Below are positions 46,259 to 55,361 of a stretch of DNA of 64,000 nucleotides, piece by piece. A program made the translations under genes and the position numbers. The notes beneath the pieces are model-generated. The model had not been told where the DNA came from. It did not search any database and was given only the letters and a program-made list of their open reading frames with translations. Location: contig JAOZGC010000001.1 of the NCBI GenBank assembly GCA_027491915.1, positions 32,001-96,000 of the forward strand, read 5' to 3'. Position 1 is the stretch's first letter. Every line of letters starts with the position of its first letter. Origin of the DNA: Thermoproteota archaeon. GTDB taxonomy: Archaea > Korarchaeota > Korarchaeia > Korarchaeales > Korarchaeaceae.

Positions 46259-47218
46259 ATGGCTCTGCTGGAAGTCGAGGGCCTGAAGTCGTACTACCTG
46301 ACCTCCAGGGGCGAGGTGAAGGCGGTCGACAACGTCTCCTTCGACCTGGAGAGGGGCGAGTCCCTGGCCCTCGCGGGGGAGTCCGGCTGCGGGAAGAGCA
46401 CCCTCGGTTTCAGCCTGATAAATCTCCTCCCGCCCCCGGGCAGGATAGTCGGGGGGAGCATCAGGATAGACGGGATCGAGGTAGTGGGCATGCCGGAGGA
46501 CCGCCTCCGGAGCGAGGTCAGGTGGCGCAAGATCTCAATGATATTTCAGGGGGCCATGAACGCCTTGAATCCGGTCCACACGATAGGCAGGCAGCTGGCC
46601 GAGCCCCTGGTTTTCCACCAGGGTGTCAGCTGGGCCGACGCCATCTCTCGGGCCAGGGAGTACCTGGAGCTCGTCGGCCTCGACCCGGACATAGTGAACA
46701 GGTACCCGCACGAGCTCAGCGGCGGCATGAAGCAGAGGGCCGTCATAGCCATGGCCCTCCTGGAGCATCCGGACCTGGTAATAGCCGACGAGCCGACGAC
46801 CGCCCTGGACGTCATAGTCCAGGCCCAGATACTGAACCTAATGAAGTCCCTGAAGAGGAAGCTGAACCTGTCAATAATCATGATATCCCACGACCTGGCC
46901 GTCCTCTCCGAGATAGCCGACAGAATCGCTATAATGTACGCCGGGAAGATAGTGGAGATAGGACCGTCCGAGAAGGTGTACGGCAACCCCAAGCACCCCT
47001 ACACCCAAAAGCTCCTGGGCGCCATACCGAGGCTGAGGCAGAAGCAGGAGAGGCTGGAGTTCATACCCGGCGCCCCTCCCAACCTGCTCAATCCCCCGGC
47101 GGGCTGCAGGTTCCACCCCAGGTGCCCGAGCAGGTTCGAGCCCTGCGACAGGAGGGAGCCGGAGCTGGTCGAGGTGGAGCCGGGCCACTGGGTGGCCTGT
47201 CACCTTTACTCGTGGTGA
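46259..47218 (+). CDS. dppD: Oligopeptide ABC ATPase
   Basis: GESGCGKS, LSGGMKQR, HPYT, GCRFHPRC. Confidence 0.93.
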   Translation: MALLEVEGLKSYYLTSRGEVKAVDNVSFDLERGESLALAGESGCGKSTLGFSLINLLPPPGRIVGGSIRIDGIEVVGMPEDRLRSEVRWRKISMIFQGAMNALNPVHTIGRQLAEPLVFHQGVSWADAISRAREYLELVGLDPDIVNRYPHELSGGMKQRAVIAMALLEHPDLVIADEPTTALDVIVQAQILNLMKSLKRKLNLSIIMISHDLAVLSEIADRIAIMYAGKIVEIGPSEKVYGNPKHPYTQKLLGAIPRLRQKQERLEFIPGAPPNLLNPPAGCRFHPRCPSRFEPCDRREPELVEVEPGHWVACHLYSW

Positions 47219-47224
47219 TGCGTT

Positions 47225-48250
47225 ATGGAGGGAGTAACGGAGTCTCCGGGAGAGGAGCCCATACTCAGGGTTGAGAACCTCAAGAAGTACTTCTACCTCC
47301 GGAGGTCTCTCTCAGAGTTCCTCACCGGAAAGCCCCCGAGGGCCGTCAAGGCCGTGGATGGAATCTCCTTCGAGATCAAGAGGGGGGAGATCTTCGCCCT
47401 CGCCGGCGAGTCCGGCTGCGGGAAGACCACCACAGGCAGGATGGTGGTCAAGCTCGAGACCCCGACGGAGGGCAAGATATACTTCAAGGGAGCGGACGTC
47501 ACGGTCCTCTCGAGGGAGGAAGAAAAGGAATACAGGAAGAAGGTTCAAATAGTCTTCCAGGATCCCTACGGGTCCCTGAACCCCAGGTTCAGGGTTTACG
47601 ACGTCCTGGAGGAACCCCTCCTCCTCGCGGGCGTCGGCGAGTCCAGGGCCGAGAGGGAGGAGATGATAATCAGGGCCCTGGAGGACGTGAGGATGACCCC
47701 CCCCGAGGAGTTCCTGGGGAGGCTGCCCCACCAGCTCAGCGGGGGGCAGAGGCAGAGGGTGGCCCTGGCCAGATCCCTCATACTCAGCCCGGAGCTGATA
47801 GTGGCCGACGAGCCCGTGTCGATGCTGGACCTGTCCATCAGGGCGGAGATACTGAACCTGATGGAGGACGTGAGGAGGAAGAGGGGGGTGACCTACCTCT
47901 ACATAACCCACGACCTCTCCACCGCCAGGTACTTCGCCCACAGGATAGCCATAATGTACCTGGGCAAGCTGGTGGAGGTCACCACGACCGACAGGCTTGT
48001 GGAGAACCCGCTCCACCCCTACACTAAGGCCCTGCTGGCCGCGGTCCCGGAGCCAGATCCCTCCATGAAGGACGTCATAAAGGAGATCCCGATAAAGGGA
48101 GAGGTCCCGAGCGCCGCCAACGTCCCCCCGGGCTGCAGGTTCCACCCCAGGTGTCCCTACGCCTTCGAGCCCTGCGACAAGGAGGAGCCGGAGCTGGTCG
48201 AGGTGGAGCCGGGCCACTGGGTGGCCTGCCACCTGGTGAGCGGGGGTTGA
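47225..48250 (+). CDS. dppF: Oligopeptide ABC ATPase
   Basis: GESGCGKT, LSGGQRQR, HPYT, GCRFHPRC. Confidence 0.93.
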   Translation: MEGVTESPGEEPILRVENLKKYFYLRRSLSEFLTGKPPRAVKAVDGISFEIKRGEIFALAGESGCGKTTTGRMVVKLETPTEGKIYFKGADVTVLSREEEKEYRKKVQIVFQDPYGSLNPRFRVYDVLEEPLLLAGVGESRAEREEMIIRALEDVRMTPPEEFLGRLPHQLSGGQRQRVALARSLILSPELIVADEPVSMLDLSIRAEILNLMEDVRRKRGVTYLYITHDLSTARYFAHRIAIMYLGKLVEVTTTDRLVENPLHPYTKALLAAVPEPDPSMKDVIKEIPIKGEVPSAANVPPGCRFHPRCPYAFEPCDKEEPELVEVEPGHWVACHLVSGG

Positions 48251-48819
48251 TCGGGAGCCTGGACCTCCCCGGCTGGGCCGGCCGGGAAGCCGGCGTCAGG
48301 AGGCGGGTTCTGGCGATCTCCACCCTCGGCCTGCTCATGATGCTCTTCGCCCTGGCGTCATCCCTCTACATGGTGCTGCCGGCTGAGTCTAGGTCGGCTG
48401 GCGACTGGGTCCGGTCCGACCTGGGCCCGACCCACGGGAGGTACGAGTTCGTCCTGGACGAATCCCTGGAAGGTTTCAACGTGCTTGGGTGCTACGGGGA
48501 GATCAACATCACCTCGACCAGTCCAGGTAGGGCCCAGGTTGAGCTGGTCTACGCCGGCGAGAGCAGGACGAGCGAGCTGACCCTCAGGGTCGGGGAGGTA
48601 TCCACGGTGGACCTGCTCGGGGGAATCCCACGCTCGGTCGAGTACGAGCTGTCGGCCCCCGGGGTCATCTCTCTGTCGTCAGACATCAGGGCCTCCTACC
48701 AGAGGCCCGCCGACCCGCTGTGGGTCCTGGCTTCGGCGGCCGCCGCCCTCCTCGGGGCCGCCTTATCCCTGTCCGGATTGACCTCGCTGCTCCTGGGAGA
48801 GGGAGATCGCCTTAGATGA
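48247..48819 (+). CDS. Hypothetical protein, two TM helices flanking a beta-rich loop
   Basis: TTG overlapping the dppF stop; N- and C-terminal hydrophobic helices. Confidence 0.6.
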   Translation: MIGSLDLPGWAGREAGVRRRVLAISTLGLLMMLFALASSLYMVLPAESRSAGDWVRSDLGPTHGRYEFVLDESLEGFNVLGCYGEINITSTSPGRAQVELVYAGESRTSELTLRVGEVSTVDLLGGIPRSVEYELSAPGVISLSSDIRASYQRPADPLWVLASAAAALLGAALSLSGLTSLLLGEGDRLR

Positions 48820-49293
48820 CGCGAGGAGGATCAGAAGGGCGGTCTTCCCGTCCTCTATCCTCCCCTCCATCACCCAGCGGACGGCCTCCCTCAGGCTGAC
48901 CCTCAGAACCTCTATCCTCTCTCCCGGCTCCGGCGAGGGCTCCCCCACGCTCAGGTCGCTGGCCAGGAACATGTGGAGCACCTCGGTGGAGTATCCCGGG
49001 GAGGAGTAGAATTTCCCCGCCGGCTCCAGGGTTCCAGCCGCGATCCCAGTCTCCTCCCTCAGCTCCCTCAGGGCGCAATCCTCCGGGGACTCCCCCTCCT
49101 CCAGGGTCCCGGCGGGCGCCTCTATTAACCAGCGGCCCACCGAGGGCCTCCACTGCCTCTCCAGGTACACGTACTCCCCGTCGACCGGCAGGACCACCAC
49201 CGCCCCGGGGTGGACCACCACCTCCTCCCTGATCCCCCCCTCCCACCTCACGTGGACCTCGAACCTCCTGCCGGCGTAGACGACCCTGTCCAG
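48763..49293 (-). CDS. NUDIX hydrolase (ADP-ribose pyrophosphatase-like), probable CTG start
   Basis: HPGAVVVLP, EAPAG...ALRELREETG, SPGYSTE, IEDGKT; frame extends upstream to LDRVVYAGRRFEV after GGAGG. Confidence 0.85.
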   Translation of the reverse strand: MDRVVYAGRRFEVHVRWEGGIREEVVVHPGAVVVLPVDGEYVYLERQWRPSVGRWLIEAPAGTLEEGESPEDCALRELREETGIAAGTLEPAGKFYSSPGYSTEVLHMFLASDLSVGEPSPEPGERIEVLRVSLREAVRWVMEGRIEDGKTALLILLASSKAISLSQEQRGQSGQG

Positions 49294-49312
49294 ATCACCT
49301 CCGCCTCCGACC

Positions 49313-50680
49313 CTACCCGCACCCAGCTTCCATCACCATCCCGAGGCCCATCTCCCTCAGCCTCTCCAGGTCCTCCACCCTCCTGGCCTCCGCGACCACC
49401 TTAACCTGCGGCAGGGTGTTTGAGGCCCGCACCAGGATCCACCCCTCGGGGAAGTAGGCCTTGACCCCGTCTATGAGCGAGATCCTCTTGGCCTCCCTCC
49501 CCAGCCTCTCCGCAACCTCCGCCACCACCTCAAACTTCCTCTCGTCCGGGCAGTCTACCACCATTACCCCGGAGTTGAAGAACTTGGGCAGGGAGTCGAC
49601 GAGCGAGGACAGGGGTCCCCTCCTGGCCGCCAGCTCGGCCATCCTCAGCGAGGCGAATATGGCGTCGTCGAAGCCGTACATCTCCGGAAAGTAGAGGTGA
49701 CCGCTCTTCTCCCCGCCCAGCACGGCCCCCCTCCTCCTCATCTCCTTCTTTATGTGAACGTGTCCTGTTTTGGTCTCCACGGGAACCCCCCCCGCCCTCC
49801 TGACGGCCTCCTCCACCACCGCCGAGCAGGAGACGTCGTAGACCACAGCCCCCCCTCCGGACCGACGGAGGTACTCCGCGGCCATTATGGCCAGGGATAG
49901 GTCTCCGTCCAGTATCCTGCCCCGGTCGTCCACGAATATGGCCCTGTCCCCGTCCCCGTCGAAGCCGACGCCCAGGTCCGCCCCCGACTCGATCACCATC
50001 TCCGCCAACCCAGCGAGCGTCTCCGGCCCGGGCTCCGGAGGGTGGCCGGGGAAGCGCCCGTCCACCTGCCAGTTGATCACCCCCACGTCGAACCCGGCCG
50101 AGCTCAGCAGCCTGGGAGCCACGTCCGCCGCCACCCCGTTGGACGCGTCGATGGCCACCAGGATCCCGCCGCCCGCCCCGCCCGGACCAGACGCGCCGAT
50201 CCTCCTGAGGGCCTCCTCCAGGTAATCGTCCACAACGTCGATCTCTTCCAGGCTCCCCCCGCCACCCCCGCGGGGATGGGACCCGAACGCCAGCTCGGCG
50301 ATGCGCTCGAGCCCGCTGCCCATGCCTATCATCTCCCCGCCCGGTCCAACCAGCTTGAACCCGTTCCACTCGGGCGGGTTGTGGCTGGCCGTCACCATGA
50401 CGCCCCCGTCCAGGTTCAGCGAGGCGACCGCGTAGTACAGGAGGGGCGTGGGGATCCTCCCCAAGTCCGCCACGTGCGCCCCCGATTCCACCAGTCCCTC
50501 TATCAGACCATCCCTAAGGGCCGGTGAGCTCGTCCTCCCGTCCATTCCCACCGCCACCCTGGCGCCGGGCCCGACGAACATCCCGAAGGCCGCCCCGAGA
50601 ACCCTGGCGCCGTCTTCGTCCAGGTCTCGGCCGTACACCCCCCTCACGTCGTACGAGCGGAAGGCCCCCCTAGACAGCAC
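49313..50680 (-). CDS. Phosphomannomutase/phosphoglucomutase
   Basis: YDVRG, TASHNP, FDGDGDR, GEKSGH, RASNT. Confidence 0.95.
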   Translation of the reverse strand: MLSRGAFRSYDVRGVYGRDLDEDGARVLGAAFGMFVGPGARVAVGMDGRTSSPALRDGLIEGLVESGAHVADLGRIPTPLLYYAVASLNLDGGVMVTASHNPPEWNGFKLVGPGGEMIGMGSGLERIAELAFGSHPRGGGGGSLEEIDVVDDYLEEALRRIGASGPGGAGGGILVAIDASNGVAADVAPRLLSSAGFDVGVINWQVDGRFPGHPPEPGPETLAGLAEMVIESGADLGVGFDGDGDRAIFVDDRGRILDGDLSLAIMAAEYLRRSGGGAVVYDVSCSAVVEEAVRRAGGVPVETKTGHVHIKKEMRRRGAVLGGEKSGHLYFPEMYGFDDAIFASLRMAELAARRGPLSSLVDSLPKFFNSGVMVVDCPDERKFEVVAEVAERLGREAKRISLIDGVKAYFPEGWILVRASNTLPQVKVVAEARRVEDLERLREMGLGMVMEAGCG

Positions 50681-50690
50681 CCCCCCCTCG

Positions 50691-51512
50691 TCACCTCCCG
50701 AACCTCCTGCTCCTCCTCTGATACTCCCTTATGGCCCTCAGGAAATCCACCTTCCTGAGGGCCGGCAGGTAGACGTCCAGGAACATGAGCTCAGAGTAGG
50801 CGGAGTGCCACAGGAGGAAGTTGCTTATCCTCTCCTCCCCCGAGGTCCGGATTATCAGGTCGGGGGACGGCACGTCGGCCAGGTAGGTGTGCCTGGTTAT
50901 CGTGTCCTCGTTTATCTCCCCCGGGAGGATCTCCCCGGAGGCCACCTTCTCGGCTATCCTCCGCACAGCGTCGACTATCTCCGCCCTCCCGCCGTAGGCC
51001 ACCGCCACGTTGAGGGTCCTCCCCCCGTTCCCCCTGGTCTCCTCCTCCAACCTCTCCGCCAGGGCCCTCAGATCCTCCGGCAGCCTCTCCATCCTCCCTA
51101 TGAACCTGACGGAGACGCCCAGCTCCCTCAGCCTCCCCAGGTCCTCCCTGAGCACCCTGGATATCTCCTCCCTGAGGGTGTCCAACACCGCCTCCAACTC
51201 CTCGCCCCTCCTCCTGAGGTTCTCCGTCGACAGGCTGTACAGGGTGACGTGATCTATCCCCAGCTCGACGCACCAGTCCAGTATCTCCCTCGCCTTCTTG
51301 GCCCCCAGCCTGTAGGCCGCCCTCAGGTCTAGGCCCTGGGACCTGGCGAACCTCCGGTTCCCGTCGAGGATGACTCCGACGTGCCTGGGAACGGGACCGC
51401 CCTTGAGCTTCTCCGCCAGGTACCTCTCGTACGCCCCCATCTGGAGCCGGCTCATGATCCTGTAGGCGACGTCCCCCAGGCGGATGGCGATCCCGGATGG
51501 AGAGGGGCCCAA
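50691..51512 (-). CDS. uppS: cis-prenyltransferase (polyprenyl diphosphate synthase)
   Basis: ILDGNRR, STEN, YGGRAEI, RTSGEERISNFL, RRFG. Confidence 0.95.
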   Translation of the reverse strand: MGPSPSGIAIRLGDVAYRIMSRLQMGAYERYLAEKLKGGPVPRHVGVILDGNRRFARSQGLDLRAAYRLGAKKAREILDWCVELGIDHVTLYSLSTENLRRRGEELEAVLDTLREEISRVLREDLGRLRELGVSVRFIGRMERLPEDLRALAERLEEETRGNGGRTLNVAVAYGGRAEIVDAVRRIAEKVASGEILPGEINEDTITRHTYLADVPSPDLIIRTSGEERISNFLLWHSAYSELMFLDVYLPALRKVDFLRAIREYQRRSRRFGR

Positions 51513-51527
51513 AGGGGATCCCCCCGA

Positions 51528-52475
51528 TCAGAGTCTCTCCAGCACCTTGACCATTTCCTCCTCCGACAGGGGGAACTCTATCACGTAGTACCTGCCGTCC
51601 CTGCGCACCTGGACCGACCCGACCTCCACCCCGGCCACGCGGAACTCTTGGGTCAGGTCCGATATGGCCCGCTGGGCTGCCGAGGCCGAGGCCTCCGTGT
51701 CGAAGGCCACGACCATCCTGCCGGCGGCGGAGGAACCGCGCCTGTAAAGGTAGAGGACGGTCAACCTAGATCCGTTGACGCCCCGCTCCGTCAACTTCAG
51801 TGCCAGGGGGACCCCATCGCCGTCGATTGCCCTCTCCATGGCGCCCCTCGAGGTCTCGTCGGACAGCACGCCGTTCTCCCCTTCTCCACCCCACAGGCCT
51901 ATCATCTCCTCCACGATCCCCCTGCCGGCGCTGGCGTTCCCCGAGACCATGAGCAGAACGTCGTCTCCTACCGCGGCGAACGACACGATGTCTCCGTTGT
52001 AGTCCCCGGTCAGCGTCTTCCCGACCGAGTAGAACACGGTGAAGTTCCCGACCTTATACCTGAGGAGCCTGCTCTTGGCCATCGCCCTGAATAGGGTTTC
52101 GGAGGATCCGTCCCTGAGCTGGTAGATCACCGCTATGAGGGGGGTCTCCCCACCGCAGTCGGCCACGCACCCGCCCCTCCCGGGCACGACGAGGACCTCT
52201 ATATCCGAGGGCCTCAGCACCAGGTATCTCACGCCGAATATCTGGACCTGGCCGCCAACTAGGTCGCCCAGGCCGCCGACCCTCGCCATGTTCGATATGT
52301 AGTAGACCCTGACGGGGGGGCCGACCTCGGCGGGGAGGATCCTCATCCACTCCTGCTCCCACGCGCCCGCCTGCCCACCCCCGCCGCCGGCCTCGGGGAC
52401 CCCCATCAGGTAAAGTCCGGCGGCTATGACGGCGACCGCCGACGCGAGGATCACCAGCACCGTCCGCAGGCCCAT
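51528..52475 (-). CDS. Hypothetical membrane-anchored extracellular protein
   Basis: N-terminal TM + Gly linker; coding-like codon usage; TATA near 52505. Confidence 0.7.
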   Translation of the reverse strand: MGLRTVLVILASAVAVIAAGLYLMGVPEAGGGGGQAGAWEQEWMRILPAEVGPPVRVYYISNMARVGGLGDLVGGQVQIFGVRYLVLRPSDIEVLVVPGRGGCVADCGGETPLIAVIYQLRDGSSETLFRAMAKSRLLRYKVGNFTVFYSVGKTLTGDYNGDIVSFAAVGDDVLLMVSGNASAGRGIVEEMIGLWGGEGENGVLSDETSRGAMERAIDGDGVPLALKLTERGVNGSRLTVLYLYRRGSSAAGRMVVAFDTEASASAAQRAISDLTQEFRVAGVEVGSVQVRRDGRYYVIEFPLSEEEMVKVLERL

Positions 52476-52541
52476 GGAACTCTCGCCTCATCAGCCTCCC
52501 CCCATTATATAATTGAGCGACGTTTACCGTCGGACCGGCAG

Positions 52542-53480
52542 ATGACCCGCGTGAGTTCCCCGCGATCCGAGGCCGGGGGTGGGAGGGTCTACGCGGCCGT
52601 GGGCCACCTGACGATCGACGAGGAGTGGGAGGGGCTCCGCCTGATGTTCAGGTCCCTCGGCGGCGGCGCGCTCTACGGATCCATGGCGGCCCTCGGGATG
52701 GGGTGGGAGGCCAGGGCGCTGGTCCGGATCGGCCTCGACTTCCCGGATCCGTGGCTGAGGATAGTCTCGAGCTTCGGGGTCGAGCTGAGGGCGCTGAGGT
52801 CGGGTTCGACGACAAGGTACGCGGTGGTGTCTTCCGGCGGCCGGTCCAGGAGGATCCTCACCTCCTCGGCCCCTCGCTTCGGCGAGGAGGAGATCCTATC
52901 GGCCCTGGCGGAGTGGATGCCATCGGTCCTCCACGTGGGATCGGTGGCGGGGGAGGTGGATCCCGACGTGCTCCCAAAGCTCTCCGGGGTGAGGGTTGGG
53001 GTAGACGCCCAGGGCTTCGTCAGGAGGTTCGACGAGGTCGGTCGGGTGAGTCTGGCCAGGTCGCCGGAGCTGGAGGCGGTCCTCGGGTCGGTGGACGTGC
53101 TGCACGCGAACTCGGAGGAGGCCGCGGCCCTGACGGGATCCGCCGACCCGGCGGAGGCCGCGGAGGCCCTGTCTCGCCTGGGGCCGGCGGCGCTCGTCAG
53201 CCTCGGTGATGGGGGCCTCCTTCTCTCCGACGACTCGAACCTCGTGTTCGTTCCGGCCTACAGGCCCGCCTCCCAAGTCTCCGACGTCGGCGCGGGCGAC
53301 GTGCTCCTGGCGGTCTTCCTCATCTCCACGGCCGAGGGGGCCGACCCCGTCTCGGCGGCTGTCACGGCGGCCGCCGCGGCAGGGCTGTCGGTGTCCCGCG
53401 CCGGTCCCGACCCGGTGGACAGGAAGCTGGTCGAGGAGGCCGCCCGAACCCTGGAGGGCGGGGTGGTGAGGCTGAGGTGA
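52542..53480 (+). CDS. PfkB-family carbohydrate kinase
   Basis: LGGGALY, DAQG, NSEEA, DVGAGD. Confidence 0.88.
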   Translation: MTRVSSPRSEAGGGRVYAAVGHLTIDEEWEGLRLMFRSLGGGALYGSMAALGMGWEARALVRIGLDFPDPWLRIVSSFGVELRALRSGSTTRYAVVSSGGRSRRILTSSAPRFGEEEILSALAEWMPSVLHVGSVAGEVDPDVLPKLSGVRVGVDAQGFVRRFDEVGRVSLARSPELEAVLGSVDVLHANSEEAAALTGSADPAEAAEALSRLGPAALVSLGDGGLLLSDDSNLVFVPAYRPASQVSDVGAGDVLLAVFLISTAEGADPVSAAVTAAAAAGLSVSRAGPDPVDRKLVEEAARTLEGGVVRLR

Positions 53481-54208
53481 GCTCCCCGGCGCGGCCCGAG
53501 AGGATGGTGAGGCTGAGGAGGGCCGCGGCCAGGAAGGCGGTCCACGCCCTCCTGGCGTGCCTCTCCCTGGCGCCTGCCGCCCTACCCGGTCTGTTCCCCC
53601 TCCCGACCCAGTCCGTCTACGCCGCGGCCCTGGTGGTCGCGGCCTGGCTCAACGCCGTGAAGATATGGGGACCTCCCCCACTCATCGCCAGGATATCCCG
53701 AATCCCCGTCCTGGAGGCCGCTTTCAGGCCCATCAACCTGGCGGCCGCCCGACTCTGGGGCGCTCTGACCGACCTGGAGAGGGAGTACGAGCGCAGGCTC
53801 GGCTGGGTCGGCCTCCTGAATGGGATAATCGGAGTGTCTGCGGCCTACCTCATCTCGGGGGAGTACTCGGCCTACGGGGTTGCGGCGATGGCCACGGTGG
53901 ACGTGTTCTCCACGCTGGTGGGGGAGGCCCTGCCGTCGGCGGAGCTCCCGGCCTCCAGGGGGGCCACCGTCTGCGGAACCGCGGCCGGCGCCCTGTCCTA
54001 CATGGCGCTCCTCCTGACCGTGCTCCCCCCCGCCGAGTCCCTGGTGCTGGCCGCGGCGGCCGGGATAATCGAGGCCTACGGGATCGAGGACAACGTGGAC
54101 GTGCCCCTGCTGACCTCGATCCTGGCCGCGGTCGCCGGCTACCCTCCCCCGCGCCCCCTGAGCAGCGACTTTATGAACCTCTTCAGCATCACGACGTCCT
54201 CCACGTAG
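53477..54208 (+). CDS. Dolichol/phytol kinase-like (CTP-transferase family) membrane protein
   Basis: RKAVH, D..STLVG, EDNVDVPL. Confidence 0.7.
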   Translation: MSSPARPERMVRLRRAAARKAVHALLACLSLAPAALPGLFPLPTQSVYAAALVVAAWLNAVKIWGPPPLIARISRIPVLEAAFRPINLAAARLWGALTDLEREYERRLGWVGLLNGIIGVSAAYLISGEYSAYGVAAMATVDVFSTLVGEALPSAELPASRGATVCGTAAGALSYMALLLTVLPPAESLVLAAAAGIIEAYGIEDNVDVPLLTSILAAVAGYPPPRPLSSDFMNLFSITTSST

Positions 54209-55302
54209 ACGAACTCTCCGGGGGCGTGGATGTTGTTCTCCTCCCTTATCGCCCCGAAGGCCACCGTCGGTATCCCCATCCTCGCGAAGAAGTACCCGTC
54301 GTTTCCCCCCAGCTCCGCGGCCACTGCGGATCTACCGGTGGCCGACTCCATGGCGGCCAGCGCCTCGGCCACGAACGGGTGGTCCGGGTCGGTGCGCCAC
54401 CCCTCGTTTATGGGCTCCAGTATCTCCACCTCCGCCTCCACCCCCAGGCAGGCCGCCAGCGAGGCCACCCTGGACCTGAGCTCCTCTATGGCCTTGCTCG
54501 GATCCTCCCCGGGGATCAGCCTCATGTCGAACCCGGCCTCGGCCGAGTCCGGTATGACGTTGTGCTTCCCGCCGGCCCTCAGTACGGTGACCGTGAACCT
54601 ACCCCACAGCCTCCCGACCGGGCTCCCGGGGGGGCTCGGGAGGTCGGAGAGCCTGGCGGCCCTGAACTCGGAGAACCTCTCCAACCCCTCGACCATCCTG
54701 GCCAGGGACCACACCGGGTTCCGCGCCCTGTGGGGGTACCCGGCGTGTCCCCCCCTCCCCCTGACCCTGACCCAGCCGTGCACCACCCCGCTAGCCCCGA
54801 CGCTCAGGTAGTCGGCAGCGGCGTCCACCACGACGACCCTGTCCCCGGGGACCCCGGCCTCCACCACCTCCTCTATCCCCCTCCCCCCAACCTCCTCGTC
54901 CCCCGTCACCACCACCACGGGGTTGTACCTGAGTCTCTCCCCCCTGAGCTCCCTGACAGCGGCCAGCGATGCCGCCACAGCCGACTTGTCGTCGGCCGCC
55001 CCCCTTCCGTATATCCTGCCGTCCACCTCCACCGGCTCGAAGGGATCTAACTCCATACCCGAGACCCTCCAGGGACCGCGGGCCGGGACCACGTCGTAGT
55101 GGCTGACCAGGGCCAGGTCCATCTCGGCGCCGGCGTCCAGCCTGGCCACCACGTTTGGGACCTCCCTGCCGACTATCTCCGCCTCCATCCCCAGGGAGGC
55201 GGCCTCGTCCATCACCAGCCTGGCGGCCTCCCCGTAGTTGCTCTTCCTCAGGGAGTCTGTGTTCAGGGAGACCAGCCTCTTCAGCAGCTCCACCTCGTAC
55301 AT
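54139..55302 (-). CDS. M20 metallopeptidase (ArgE/DapE family)
   Basis: SHYDVVP, GRGAADDK, DEEVG, GHAG, IHAPGE. Confidence 0.92.
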   Translation of the reverse strand: MYEVELLKRLVSLNTDSLRKSNYGEAARLVMDEAASLGMEAEIVGREVPNVVARLDAGAEMDLALVSHYDVVPARGPWRVSGMELDPFEPVEVDGRIYGRGAADDKSAVAASLAAVRELRGERLRYNPVVVVTGDEEVGGRGIEEVVEAGVPGDRVVVVDAAADYLSVGASGVVHGWVRVRGRGGHAGYPHRARNPVWSLARMVEGLERFSEFRAARLSDLPSPPGSPVGRLWGRFTVTVLRAGGKHNVIPDSAEAGFDMRLIPGEDPSKAIEELRSRVASLAACLGVEAEVEILEPINEGWRTDPDHPFVAEALAAMESATGRSAVAAELGGNDGYFFARMGIPTVAFGAIREENNIHAPGEFVYVEDVVMLKRFIKSLLRGRGGG

Positions 55303-55361
55303 GTCCGGTCCCGGCCACCTGACGCGGAACGATTTAACGTTGTGCGGCGCCGGTCTTGGTG

